A stretch of DNA of 64,000 nucleotides from Octopus sinensis (Eukaryota): NCBI RefSeq assembly GCF_006345805.1, contig NC_043000.1:110608001-110672000 (forward strand), given 5' to 3'. Positions within the stretch are counted from its first letter, which is position 1. Each line of letters begins with the position of its first letter. This document shows positions 26,461 through 39,535 of this stretch, piece after piece. A model generated the notes under the pieces. That model was not told where the DNA came from. It saw only the letters and a program-made list of their open reading frames with translations, and ran no database searches. A program made the translations under genes and the position numbers.

Positions 26461-26565
26461 GCAACGTGAAATAGTGTCTTGCTCACGGACACAACGAGCT
26501 GTCGGGAATCGAACTCGTAACCCTACGATCGCGAGTCGAATACCCTAACCACTAAACCACGCGCC

Positions 26566-26570
<5 letters not shown>
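26461..26570 (-). mobile_element. tRNA-like SINE head (third family)
   Basis: GGCGCGTGGTTTAGTGGTTAGGG..GAGTTCGATTCCCG..GTGTCCGTGAGCAAGACACT; homologous to 42330-42665. Confidence 0.75.
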
Positions 26571-26607
<37 letters not shown>

Positions 26608-27414
26608 ATAGAGAAATAGATTATTTGGTACTACTACAATTGCTTCGTTAAGAGTCTTTATTCTGACGCAAACATGATACAGTCAGGCATGCAGTACGCA
26701 CAACATCTATAAGGCCATGCAATGTTTCACAACTCCCAACGCATCAGGTTTACCATATAAGCAAGCAGTGACATGTTGATTAACCAAGAGATCATCAACA
26801 AGAGAAATTTCTAGTTCATTAAACTTAGCAACCTCGCTCATAAAGACTGGAACTGGTAGAACATACTTGTATACCAGCAGACTGCCGGGGTCAAGCATGA
26901 CATTTGACTCCCTTAAAATAGATTCTAAGACAGGTACCGGCGTGGTTCTAAAAAAAAAAAACCCAATTTACTGTGTTATATTGTGTTACACATTAAAGAG
27001 TGACATGGCTAATAAATTCCAGCGTTACTTATTCATTTACTTAATTCGTCTGGATTAAAATGTTCTGATTAAATATTGCAGAGCTAATAGAATTTTAGCT
27101 TTAATAGAGACCCACCTAATCCAGGGAAAAGAGCTTAAGAAAAGCCGCGGATTAGCGAAGGTCTCTGCGAATTTCCGAGGAAGTGAGAGGAAAGGTGGAG
27201 GAAAGAAACGGAAAAGAAATAATTAATATACAGAGATGGCCATAATCAGATAATCACCAAACTGGAAACAATGGAATAAATCAAATCGAAACAAATGGTC
27301 GACTCATTAACAGAAGACGGCATAAACAAATAAATGTACATCTGAGGCAAATGAAGGTAGTTTAGCCAACAATCAATGTCAAAATAAATTCATGAAATTA
27401 TGTTACTTAAATGT

Positions 27415-27705
27415 GGAGGCGCAATGGCCCAGTGGCCCAGTGGTTAGGGCAGCGGACTCGCGGTCGTAGGATCGCGGTTTCGATTCACAGACCAGGTGTT
27501 GTGAGTGTTTATTGAGCGAAGACACCTAAAGCTCCACGAGGCTCCGGCAGGGGATGGTGGCGATCCCTGCTGTACTCTTTCGCTACAACTTTCTCTCACT
27601 CTTTCTTCTGTTGGCCCGCTCGCTTAGCCAGCGGGGTGGCGTCATTCGAAGGCTAAAACAATGCGATGTGTAGCAACATCTGATAGCCTGGTCGATCACG
27701 GTGAT
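27415..27705 (+). mobile_element. tRNA-derived SINE (fourth type)
   Basis: A-box TGGCCCAGTGGTTAGGGC, B-box GGTTTCGATTC, followed by a non-tRNA body. Confidence 0.75.
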
Positions 27706-27931
27706 GTTACTTAAATACCTTAATTTTTAGAGATCGGTTATTTAGCTGTAATGAAGTTACGGGTTTCTGAAAGGCAGCGAATAATGGAGAAGGAAAAACA
27801 GAACTGATATTCCAGAAACCGAAAAACAACAGGAATCTTAACGTTTCTATTAACTTTGCCTTCATCCCTTCAAGAACGATGAAATCAAGAACTGGGTTCG
27901 ATGTGTTGGCCTTGTATCAAAATTTGACAGA

Positions 27932-27970
<39 letters not shown>

Positions 27971-28007
27971 TTATTATTATTATTATTATTATTATTGGGA
28001 CAAGTTT

Positions 28008-28220
28008 AAGGCGGTGAGCTGGCAGAAACGTTAGCACGCCGGGTGAAATCCTTAGCGACATTTCACTCATCGCTACGTTCTGAGTTCAAATTCCGCCAAG
28101 GTTGACTTTGCCTTTCGGGATCGATTAAATAAGTACCAGTTACGCACTGGGGTCGATGTAATCGACTTAATCCCTTCCCCCAAATTTGAGGCCTTGTGCT
28201 TCCAGTAGAAAGAATTATTA
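28008..28220 (+). mobile_element. tRNA-derived SINE with the (ATT)-type tail
   Basis: Dominant head and body, then CCCCCAAATTTGAGGCCTTGTGCTTCCAGTAGAAAGAATTATTA. Confidence 0.85.
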
Positions 28221-28933
28221 TGGCAACGAATTAAGAGAATCGTTAGCGCCCGGAATTCCTTCCAGCTCTACGTTCAAATCTCGCTGAGGTCAACATTGCC
28301 TTCCATCCTTTCGGTGTAACTCACTTGCTTGTTCCCGTCAACATTGCTAGCCCTGAACTCTGCAAAAGAGCTGAGTCTCCGTTCAGGTCACTTATACGCA
28401 CACACTAATTCACATATTCAGAAACCCGTAGAAGTGTCTCAAACAAAATTCTCTGTCATTTTATTAAAGACGTGACTGAGTTCTGTAAAGAATTCCAATA
28501 AGTTTCAAAGAAAAACATGCATCCATATCATTTTGTTCGAAGTAAAAGTGTCTGTTTTCTGGTATATTCCTTTATTTCAGACAGCTTTATATACAATCCC
28601 ACATGACTTATGCAGAGGGATTTTGTGTTTTTGAACACCGCCTGATGAGAAATACAGTTGTCGGAACAGAATATTATCTCGAAGGCGACATGCTACACGG
28701 TAAGACCAGACACATTTCTTTTATATTGTGTGATAGAAATTAACTGCTTCCGTTCATTCTTTCACAGGATAGACTTATATCGTAACACCCAAAAATTCAT
28801 AATTTGTATGAACATCAGTTGAGCACTACTGGTGAAAAATACTTCGCTCAAACTAATTGTAGATTACGTATTTTGTTACCGAGTGTACACACACACACAC
28901 GCACATATACACACAGACACACACACGTATGTA

Positions 28934-28986
<53 letters not shown>

Positions 28987-29823
28987 GTACACACAGACAC
29001 ATGTATGTATATATGTGTATACGCACACACACACACATAAATACCTATTAACATATACGTGTGTGCATGTGTGTGTGTACATGTGTGCATGTGTGTGCTT
29101 GCGTGTGCGCGAGCGTACACACACGCGCACGTGCCAATGTGTTTTATGTATGTTTACCGAAAAGATCAAACGAGAAACAAGTAATAAACTTAGACTCCCC
29201 CTTTCTTTCAGCCCTCACCTGACCCCCCCCCCCTCAGCTCCAGAATTCCGAAATAAGCAATGACCAAACTCTTGAATCATGTTTCTGTTTTTAAAGACAG
29301 AATTCGCTGTCTGCCAAGGAAGATGCCTCAGCTTTTGTATTACGTCAGAATGAAGAACGAAAAACAGTCAGATTTAGATGCGTCTAACTTCTAAATTCGT
29401 TTCGTTCTGCATGAAAAAGAAAAAAAGGGAGACTTGAGCTTTGTTCTTTTTTATGTATGAAGAAACAACAACAACAGCAACAAAAATTATAAAAAGAAGC
29501 AGTTACAGCTATTTTTGAAAGTAATGGTAACTTGTACTCAGGCAGCAAGTTGGCGGAATCGTTAGCATCATTTCGTCGGTCTTGACGGTCTGAGTTCAAA
29601 TTTCGCTGAGGTTCACTTTACCTTTCATCCTTTCGGGGTCGATAAAATAAGTACCAACTGAAAACAGGTGTCAATGTGATAGACTTAACTGCTCCCCCAA
29701 ACCTCTGGCCTAGTGCTAAAATTTGAAACCAATGGTAATGTGGATTTGTGGATTATGGGAACAATTTGCGCAATCATGAAGATTATGATGAAAATAACTG
29801 CCGTCATGGTGCTTATCTGTTTT

Positions 29824-29861
<38 letters not shown>

Positions 29862-29949
29862 AAAGATGGAGTGACAGAGAGCGAGAGAAAGAGAGAGAGA
29901 GAGAGGGGGAGGGAGGGAGGGAGGGAGGGAGAAAGAGATGCAGTTGACT

Positions 29950-30090
29950 GTAGAAGTTTGCTTCTTCACCACATGGTTCCATGTTCTGTCCTATTGCATG
30001 GCACCTTGCAGAAGTGTCTTCTACTATAGTCTCGGACCGACCAAAGTCTTCTGGGTGGATTTGGCAGACGGAAACTGAAAGAAGCCCATC

Positions 30091-30138
<48 letters not shown>

Positions 30139-30400
30139 GTGTGTGTGTATGTGCATGTGTGTGTATACGTGTGTGTGTTTTTGTGTGTGCGCATTTATCC
30201 CCCACCACCGTTTGACAACCAGTGTTGGTGTGTCTAAGTCCTCGTAACTTAGCGGTTCGGCAAAAGAGAACGATAGAACAAGTACTAAGCTTAAAGAAAA
30301 AATAAGTCCTGGGATCGATTCATTCGACTAAGGATTCTTGGAGGTGGTGCCCCAACATGGGCGCAGCCTGATGGCCGAAACAAATGAAAGATAAAAGATA
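29950..30400 (+). mobile_element. Second-family SINE, full structure with internal (TA)n(TG)n
   Basis: Head ends GACGGAAACTGAAAGAAGCCCATCG, then microsatellite, then CCACCACCGTTTGACAACC..GCGGTTCGGCAAAAGAGA..; similar 3' parts at 33050, 37175 and 39130 (-). Confidence 0.8.
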
Positions 30401-31589
30401 CGCTTATCAATGAACAAGAGGAAACATTAAGCGTACGCAATAACCATCAGAAATACTTTGTGAAAGGGTAGATTTATTCGGGTATTCATCTGGGGAAAAT
30501 AACCCTTATAGGACGCACTGTGTTCAAGAACATATATACATCAGTAGCAGACGAAAATCGTCGAGTAGCAGCGGTGAGGATGGGAGATGTAGGATTCTGC
30601 CTCGGTGGGATTTGTTAGAGGTGTGTGCTTACAGCCAGTCACGTGCTAATACATAATTATGTGTGATATACAGATGAGTATTTAATCTAATACCTGTTTC
30701 TGCTGCGGACGATGAATCTTTATTCATCTTTACGACTAATTGCATCATCAGTGATTTTTCACTCATTGTTTTCCTGTAACTATAGCAACGGATTGTGTCT
30801 TAGCATGCGGCTGGCTGGAATACGCAACTGATAGACCCCCAACGAGGCGTAAATGTACATCGAGCATTTCTCACCATCACTACTGGATCATCTTCGTCTT
30901 CTGCTGATATTTTTATATTTTTTAAACACAGCACATCCACAAAGAATATTATCCCCGGACGAAAACCATAGTTTATTTACTTTTGTACGATGAATCTGCA
31001 CTGAGTATAATACATAGATGGCTATTTTAATCTAATACAGCTTCTGTTGCGATAATAGCGTACGTAATATTTAAAATAGAGAGATGTAATTAACAGCTGC
31101 TAGCTGAAACTTCATGAAACGTTTCTCGGGGTTTCTTCCACCATCGAACTCTGATTAGGAACCATTTCTTATATTCCTAATACCTCTTCACATTTACATT
31201 CTCCACTCAAACTGTTTTCTCTGCGCATTCTGATCGAATCCTCTGTGTGTTACCATGGGCCTCCTAACGACAATGTAAACTTCGTTTAATGAAGCACCCT
31301 CGGCCTGAAGAGTAGCTTGCAGTATACCCCTTGCTTGGATATTTACCACTTCCGAGGTTCCGCTCGCTATGAAACAGATGTAGCCTGGATCTTATCTACT
31401 CCATTCCTTAACTCTTAAGGTTTTATTCGCATACCCGGCAACCCTGGCTACCAACTGTGAAATAGGAAATAATTTGTTTTCAATTTATCGTACTTCGATA
31501 CGGAAAAAATCCACAACCTTCCGCTCCAATAAACCACTATTGATCCTGAAAGCTGTTTTATCTTTATAATATTTTCTACACAAAGACGC

Positions 31590-31795
31590 GTTGCACGGTA
31601 CCAAACTTTTTGACTCGAGTCAAATATAACGAACTATTCCAAATCGTTATTAGAGTCTCGGCATAGAGTCAATACCAGTTAGTTTGTACTGGCATCGAGT
31701 CGTACTTGCCGGTCTTGACTCCACTTTGAGGATACTCTAACAATGATTTTCAGTAGTTTGTTATATTTGACTCGAGTCAAAATTTTTGTGTCATG
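31590..31795. mobile_element. MITE-like element with inverted arms each containing the palindrome TTGACTCGAGTCAA
   Basis: TTTTTGACTCGAGTCAAATATAACGAACTA ... TAGTTTGTTATATTTGACTCGAGTCAAAATTTT; exact ends and TSD are unclear. Confidence 0.65.
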
Positions 31796-31817
31796 CACCG
31801 CTTCTTAGCGCGACACA

Positions 31818-31861
<44 letters not shown>

Positions 31862-32052
31862 CCGTGCGCACATATATGTATATATATATTTTCAGATCAA
31901 CTAGGTTTACCATGTGATGAACCTGATTGAGATTGGATTCCGTCAGAAGCCGACGAAACTTTAAGTCGCATGGAGCCGAAACTGTTTTAAATAATAAAAC
32001 AACTCCTATTAAATGTGTTGGGTGCCTCTTTCGTCTGTCCACTCATTCGTAT

Positions 32053-32100
<48 letters not shown>

Positions 32101-32932
32101 CCCTACATAATGCATGTATGTTATAGAGACACGCACATATACACGTATGCATATCATGTGTACATATACGTAGTCGTGTTTCAAAATGCACACAACTCGG
32201 CAGATGGTTTTAAAGTATGTCTATTTCTAATACATCAGCAACGATCGCCACCAAAACAGCAGCAACAACAACAACAACCGTAACGATAGCAATGATAGCT
32301 AAATACCACGTCTGTCTGTCTCTCTCTCTGTCGATCTATCTGTCTATAAGTACAACTATTACCACCAACCACAACCATCATAATCAACAAAATTATTCGC
32401 ATTGCCCGAACGTTTTCCACTAAAAATAAACCTTTCAACGAATATGTAACCCCCATTTGCCAAGAATAGCAGAACCGTGCTATTTACAGAACTCGAACCT
32501 GTGCTAACGGTTCAAGTAGGGGAACACATTGAACCAACCAAATCGTTTGTTTATTGAGGTGAATCATTGCAGTATAATTTAAGAACAGCACATCAATGTG
32601 TTTTACGCCTGCTCTCTCGCCTCGTCCCGCTGTTTCTCTACTGCTTTTCTGCTGTTCCTCAGCTGCTCTTCTGCTGTGCATGACAAAGTAAGCAACTTCG
32701 GTTCGCTCTACTGTCAACAGTCTAGGGCAACATTTATTGTTAGGCACAAACAGATCGCTGAGGCATCGCCGCCGCCGCCGCCGCGCTGCCAGCACCATCA
32801 CCGACACCATATTAAAAGTATGGTGTGGTATGTAAGTCTGTATATAGTTATGTACATATGTATGAGTGTGTGTATGTGTGTATATATATTATGCATAACA
32901 TAATATAATATGATATAATATATGATATAATA

Positions 32933-33040
<108 letters not shown>

Positions 33041-33253
33041 TGTGTCTGTGTTTTCCCCCACAACATCGCTTGACAACCTATGCTGGTGTGTAAATTAGCG
33101 GTTCGGCAAAAGAGATCGATAGAATAAGTACTTGGCTTACAAAGAATAAACCTTGCAATCGAGTTGCTCGACTAAAGGCGGTGCTCCAGCATGGCCACAG
33201 TCAAATGACTGAAACAAGTTTAAGAATATATAAATAAATATATATATATGTAT

Positions 33254-33286
<33 letters not shown>

Positions 33287-33377
33287 GGGAAAGTTTACGA
33301 AAATAAACAAAGGACGAAGGCAGGTGGTGTACAAACAAACAGATGTATTAGTATAACGCTTAGGAATAGAAAAAAGT

Positions 33378-33413
33378 CTTTTACGTTTCGAGCCTACGCT
33401 CTTCTACAGAAAG
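33378..33413 (-). ncRNA. Minimal type I hammerhead-like motif (non-canonical core CUGUAGA) in a ~190-bp element (33285-33473) embedded in (TA)n
   Basis: CTTT-CTGTAGA-A-GAGC-GTAG-GCTC-GAAA-CG-TA-AAAG: stem I CTTT/AAAG, stem II GAGC/GCTC, palindromic ACGT stem III. Confidence 0.5.
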
Positions 33414-33496
33414 GGACACAGAAAAAACAAGGAGAGAAAAAACTGTGTGTAGTAGCTAACGATATATATATATGTTTATATATATATGCATATATA

Positions 33497-33569
<73 letters not shown>

Positions 33570-35028
33570 ATAACATGTGTAAGGCGGTGCTTTATCCATT
33601 CACCAAAGTGAATGGAACCTTGATCAGGCGGAACTGATGTCATCAGACGGTATCCATCGTTCATCGGGTGTTTCGACCCTGAACCATAACACCCTCCCGT
33701 TGGGTGGGTCATTAGAGGGGGGCCAAGTCACTGCTCCTCAACTCTTCCTGGCTTCCAGCTTAACTCTTCTTTCTTATACCAAAGCCAGCAAGAGGATCTT
33801 TCAGCTGTCTCTCCTAAATATGATTACATTTATATATATACGTGTATGTATGCATATATGTGTGTATAGATGCATGCTTATTGTTTAAATTTGAGAAAGC
33901 ACATTACGCACGCACACACGTTCACACACACACACACATCCCCAGGTGATTGAATTTCCTGTATCGAATAAAATAAATTGAAGGAAATAAAACTATATTT
34001 TCTCAATAAATTTGTAAGACTTAGATATGTTAACATTTTATCGAACCTTTTCGTTCCTTACAATGTTTACCATTCCGCTCTAGCTCCGACTACCACTCTT
34101 CCTTGTCACCGTGCACCTCCGTCACAGCGTTTGTAATACCTCTTAAAAGTTCATCAACCGATAACTTCGACCTTGCCTTTAATTTAATCAAGCATGCAGA
34201 AAGAATTTATTCCATAAAATGTATTAGGTTAGTTAATCAATAAACGATAAAAGAAGAAAAAAAGGCGAAGATAAAATGTAGGATAAAAATTCTTTGATAA
34301 AACTAATGAAACAAAAAAAAAAACTTAGAAATATCAACCTTGAAATTTCCTGCGATGGTATTGTGCAATGAAGCATGACGTACAGGAAGTCCACGACGGA
34401 GCTTATGTAGGAGTGGTTCCTCTTTAGTTACTCCCGGTGGAGACAGATCGGGTTGAGCTGGCAGAGTCGGTAGAGCGTCGGACAGAATGTTAGGCGATTT
34501 TTGTGGCGATACTCTGCGCTTTGAGTTCAAATCTTAACAAGATCCACTTTGCCTTTCATCCCTTCGCGATCGATAAAGAAACAGAAAAGTGCCAATCCAG
34601 GGCGAAAGACTGACGGAAGTATAAGAACGTAGGAAAGGAATGCCTTGCGGTATTCGTCCAAGTTCTATGCATTGCAAGTTCCAATCCCGCCACGGATGGT
34701 TTATTGGGGAAGTAGACTTAATTCGTCTCCTGGTTGGATATTACGACCAACACCTGGAATCTCGGACTGCCTTTTGTGGAATCCAATCTGCTGCAAGTAT
34801 CCAGGTGAGGTCAGTTGTTTGAGGTTGCCTTTCTCCCCCCCCACCCAGTATCGAAGTAAAGTATCGTGAGTACTGCTGACCCATTGGCCAAAAAATAAAA
34901 AAGAAAAAGGAAAAAAAGCAAAGAAGAAACAAAGATCCGGTACAAGGTACTTAGGATTGCTGAACTGAGGGAAGTAGAAAATTACTATTTGTAAATCTCA
35001 CAATGAGAGATATTCAGCCACAGTACTT

Positions 35029-35371
35029 TGTAGTAATGATTGTCTGCCAACATAGAATGGCAGTCCTGGTTTAGGACGAATGTTGCTGTGATTTAGCCCC
35101 AGAAGATCGTGTCGTATAGCCAGAGAAGCTGGCTATACGACACGATCTGTGTCCTTGTATTTTCGAACAAGGGAATCCAGCACCCCAACTCAGTTCAAAA
35201 CAATATATGTGTATCGTGATTTCAGGGTGCTAGATTCCCTTGTTCGAAAATATAAGGACACAGACTGTGTCGTATAGCCAGCTGGAGACGATGTCTCCTG
35301 GGGCTAAATTACAGCAACAGTCGTCCTAAACCGGGACTGCCATGTTATGTTGGCAAACAATTTTTACTACA
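35029..35371. repeat. Large imperfect palindrome (~150-bp arms) with a nested perfect 20-bp hairpin at 35104-35148
   Basis: TGTAGTAA..GCCAACATA..GGCAGTCC.GGTTTAGGACGA is mirrored at the right end; AGATCGTGTCGTATAGCCAG-AGAAG-CTGGCTATACGACACGATCT. Confidence 0.85.
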
Positions 35372-36058
35372 TAAGGGAAGTAGAGTTAAATAGTTTATCC
35401 TGGAAATATGACAAAACTTCTGCTTTTAGCATTTTAGAGAATTATTTCTCTGCATAAATCTCGTCTCATCTACCGCCAAATCCTCGAGCCTGCCTTCACT
35501 ACGATAATGTAAACATTCAATGGATTTCATTACGATAGAGAGTCCACAACGCCTCCAAGATTGTGAGTGCCATATATACCCCTCTAATTAATTAATAATG
35601 TCTGACAGAAGTATAAGGCCATAAATTTGGCGAGAGGAAACAAGTGGTTATATTGACACCAGCACTTGAAAGAGAAGTGGAAAGAGAAATGGAGAAAGTG
35701 GAAAGAGGAGAGACGAAAAGTGCGAGTTTAGGGAGAGAAGAGAAGTAGAAGAAAAATAATATTAAAATTGGAGAAAAATGTATAAAAATCCAACAGTGAT
35801 ATGACAAAAGATTGAGTTCTGCGTCGGGAGAGCATCACAATAAAGTACTAATGAAAAGATGGAGAATGTGTTACGACTGGTGCAAAGACCGGGAAAGAAA
35901 GAATGTCCATAATATGACGAAGACTTTATAACGGTGCATGTGTGAGCACAAATAGGAGTCGAAACGATCGTAATGGAAGAGAGGAGAAAGAAGAAAAGAA
36001 ATTTGCATACATTTCGATCATATTCTTTACGTTCTTGTTGCCTCCTCTTTAACCTTAC

Positions 36059-36102
36059 CCTCGCTTCTGCTCTCTCGTCCTCACTTCCACGCTTGCTTCC
36101 AT
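36059..36102 (-). CDS. Candidate upstream coding exon of the membrane-protein gene (MEASVEVRTREQKR-G)
   Basis: gacATGG start and AGG|GTAAGG donor at 36058. The phase-2 end joins the 22490 exon in frame. TATAAA (-) at 36182-36177. Speculative. Confidence 0.3.
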
Positions 36103-36429
36103 GTCTAGCACTTTGCGAAATACCAGTACTTGGTGCTTGAGACAAACTGTCGCTGCTTTCAGATTGCCCCTCGTCCTTTATAAGTAAACGCAGCTTTGTA
36201 GGGCTAAGTCAAATGATGACTTTTAATGAATCCCGATAGACTTCCCTTTACTTGCGCACGTTGTGGTGAGAAAATCACTAACCAAATGTACAATGTTATA
36301 TACAAGTAGACGAGAAAGATTCACGTAATTTTTAACAAACATGTCACTGCGTTAAGTTCCTCAGCGGCGTTATCTGCTGTAAAAAGTAGTTTAGAGTTAT
36401 CATAAATAATGCAATAAATAAGGGTTTCA

Positions 36430-36642
36430 AATTTTGTCACAGGCCAGTAATTTTGTTGGGAGGTGATAATTCGATTACATCGACCCCAGTACACAACTGG
36501 TACTTATTTGATCGAATCCTAAAGGATGAAAGGCAAAGGCGACCTCGGCGAAATTTGAACTCAGAATATAAAGACAGACGAAATGCCGCTAAGCTAAGCG
36601 TTTTGTCTGGTGAGATAACGCTTCTACCTGCTCGCTGCCTTA
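36430..36642 (-). mobile_element. tRNA-derived SINE, diverged
   Basis: Dominant-family head and body. Confidence 0.8.
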
Positions 36643-37465
36643 AAGTGCAATTAATATTACAAACTATCAGCAAATACAAGGAAGTTTATGCTTCAATGAC
36701 GAGCTCAAATAAGACCGAAACATGTTTAAAGTTTTCTACCTTCAGTTCAAAATGGATTAAAATAATATTAGAGATTCTACAAATGTATTTTCTTCCCTGC
36801 ATGTTTATTACGTTGACATTAATGGAATGCACCGGTTACTTCCACAAAATTATGATATACCTATCGATTCTTTTATTAGCGTTTCCTTTTATGAACTCCT
36901 TTATTGACCTCCCTGTCATCTTATTGGATTTCCATCAGATCTTTTATCAGAGTTTTTGCTATGATATCAATGTATTTCTCTCAGATCTTTTATCAGTTAT
37001 TTTATTGCCCCCGTTTACTTGCTGTTCTATATAAGCATGTGTTGACGGAGTATTTGAGGCATTCATACCTCTCTTCGACCATTTGCCTAAAATTGTCCAA
37101 TATGGAGATTGTAAGGTGTATACATATGCATGCGTATGTGTGTGTGTTTATGTGTGTGTGTTTCTCTGTGTCTGTTTGTCCCTCCACCATCGCTTGACAA
37201 CCGATGTTGGTGTGTTTACATCCCCATAACTTAGACCAACAGAATAAGTACTAGGCAAAGAACAAGTCCTGGGATCGATTTGTTCGACTAAAACGCTTTA
37301 AGGTGGTGCTCCAGCATGGCCGAAGTAAAAGAATAAGAGAACGTATACATTGTGTGTGTGTATATATATATTATATATATTATATATATATATTATATAT
37401 ATTATGCGTTTGCATTTACATATATATGCATGTATATATATATATTTGTGTGTGTATATATATAT

Positions 37466-37535
<70 letters not shown>

Positions 37536-39124
37536 CATACACATATATATATCGTTCCTAAGATATATGAACCTTGCATCTTTGGTATCGATCTCGCAAC
37601 GTATCAGATGGAAGAGCTAGAAACGGCATTCATCACAGTCAATACAACATGTGACTTGATTCAAAAACAATCCGCTTTTAACGTTGAAACTTGATACCGT
37701 CAGTGTTTCGTGTTGTGAATATTTTGGTCTGGCAGGAAGCTTTTCTTTTTTCTTTTAACTGACGTGTCTCCTCTAAATCTCTCTATTGATTTTTGTCTCT
37801 CTTTATCGTCGCTGCGTTGTTTTTGCTTGCGGAATCATTACAAAAGCTACAATGGAAAAACTAACTACAATGCGAGACTTAGAACTATTGGATTATCAGA
37901 TAAACTCGTTTGTGTATCTTTTATTATCAATTTTTTTTTACCTACTTGGCACTCAATCGTTATATGTTTGAAAAGAGGAAAAATTTATTCAAATTTCGAT
38001 AACGATAAATTAATGTTGTAGAGGTCGAATAGAACTACAAAACCTCCATAAACATTGGGTAAAAATATTTTTCCAGTTAATAAACGAACTTATCTGACAA
38101 CCTAATTTGCATACATGCATGCATGATTGCTCCATCTTGTCAGGTGATTGCCGTCTCACAGTCAGCCTGATTGTCTTGGTTTACTTCCATCCTTTCCTGT
38201 GCACAGATCCATCACCACTGGACTTCATAAAATGAAATGATAGTCCGGCACCCATAGGTCATTCGATTGAAGTGGCAAAAGGTTGTTCAACAACACTTTT
38301 GCCACTCTCTCGGTCACCAGACTAAGTTCCACTGACCAGCATCGCAAGATGACCACAAGTTTTATGTCAGAGTATCTTTCTCCTAAAAGAGCTGCCTTCC
38401 TCACGACTTTGCCAAATGTAACAGGAGTCTGCTCTGGCCTTTGGAAAACCTATTTAGACCATAGGCAGGACCCTGGTAGGTACTACCGTTTCGAGTCAGA
38501 ACGGATCTGGGAGTAATAGTCGTTAAGGGGCAACTCCACACTCCCTTCAGTTTCCAAATTCAAGCCTCACCATCTGATGCAGTTTAATACATACATACAT
38601 ACATAAATACATACATACATACATATATACATGCATACATAAAGACTGACCGACAAACTGATTCACCCACACCACACACACCCACACCCACGCACACATA
38701 TTCGGTTGTCAGATAAAATTATTGGTTTTTGTTCCTACTTGGCAAATGGCTGCAACGAGGTAGAATTTATACAAATTTCAAAAACGATCAACAAAAATCA
38801 CAGCAGAATACGAAATCTGCCAAAAAAAAAAATCATGAAATGTTATGATAAAAATATTTTTCGTGTTAATTCAAATAAACATTGGAAAGGATTAAAATAA
38901 AATGAGGCGGCGGGGCGAGACGAACAAATTTATGTGAGAATTGGTTGGTGCCAATGCTTGAGAAATGAACGCCCGCCACCAGGGATTAATGTAAGGTTTC
39001 TCATAGAAGATGCTTCGCATGTTCCCTCCTTGAGTTTGGGAGAATTTAAAAAAAGGCGGGAAGGGGTCAAGTTACCATGTTTTAAGAAAATGATGTCGGC
39101 TTTAAACTTTTGAAACTTGTCCAG

Positions 39125-39535
39125 TATCATCTTTTATCTTTTACTTGCTTCAGTCATTGGTCTGCGGCCATTCTGGAGTAACACCTTAAAAGCTTTTAGC
39201 CGAAAAAGATCGACCCCGGTGTTCATTATTTTAAGTCTGGTACTTATTCATTCGTTCTCTATTGCCGAACTGCTAAGTTACGAGAGACGTAAACAAACCA
39301 ACATCGGTTGTTGAGCGGTTTGGAGGGAACAAATGCAAAGTCCTACACGCACTCATACATGAATATACATTCGACGGGATTCCACACAGTTTCCCCTCTA
39401 CCACTTTTACACTGACAAGGTATTGGTCGTCCGTGGTGGCGAGGGGGCTATAATAGAGGTGCCGCGTAGTTGGACTGAACCTGAAACCACATGGATGCAG
39501 AACGAGCTTTTTAACCACTCAACCATGCCTGCGCA
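39125..39535 (-). mobile_element. Second-family SINE, diverged full copy
   Basis: Reverse complement of the head and 3' part seen at 29950-30400. Confidence 0.7.

Noticed and set aside
27415-27495. tRNA gene
   Set aside because: A and B boxes are present but there is no closed acceptor stem and the sequence continues into a SINE body; the same holds for 26500-26570.
28640-28700. Hammerhead-like CTGATGA...CTCGAAG
   Set aside because: GAAA is mutated, stem II is poor, and there is no stem I/III in register. Similar weak traces at ~17915-17950 and ~31110-31150 were rejected too.
35762-36145. 127-aa minus-strand ORF as a single CDS
   Set aside because: It starts at TTG and runs into pyrimidine-rich intron-like sequence. 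A different frame with ATG 36102 and donor 36058 is more plausible and is reported as a hypothesis.
36453-37034. 193-aa ORF
   Set aside because: The first third is antisense SINE and the rest is AT-rich with no recognisable domain. The same holds for 44438-45001.
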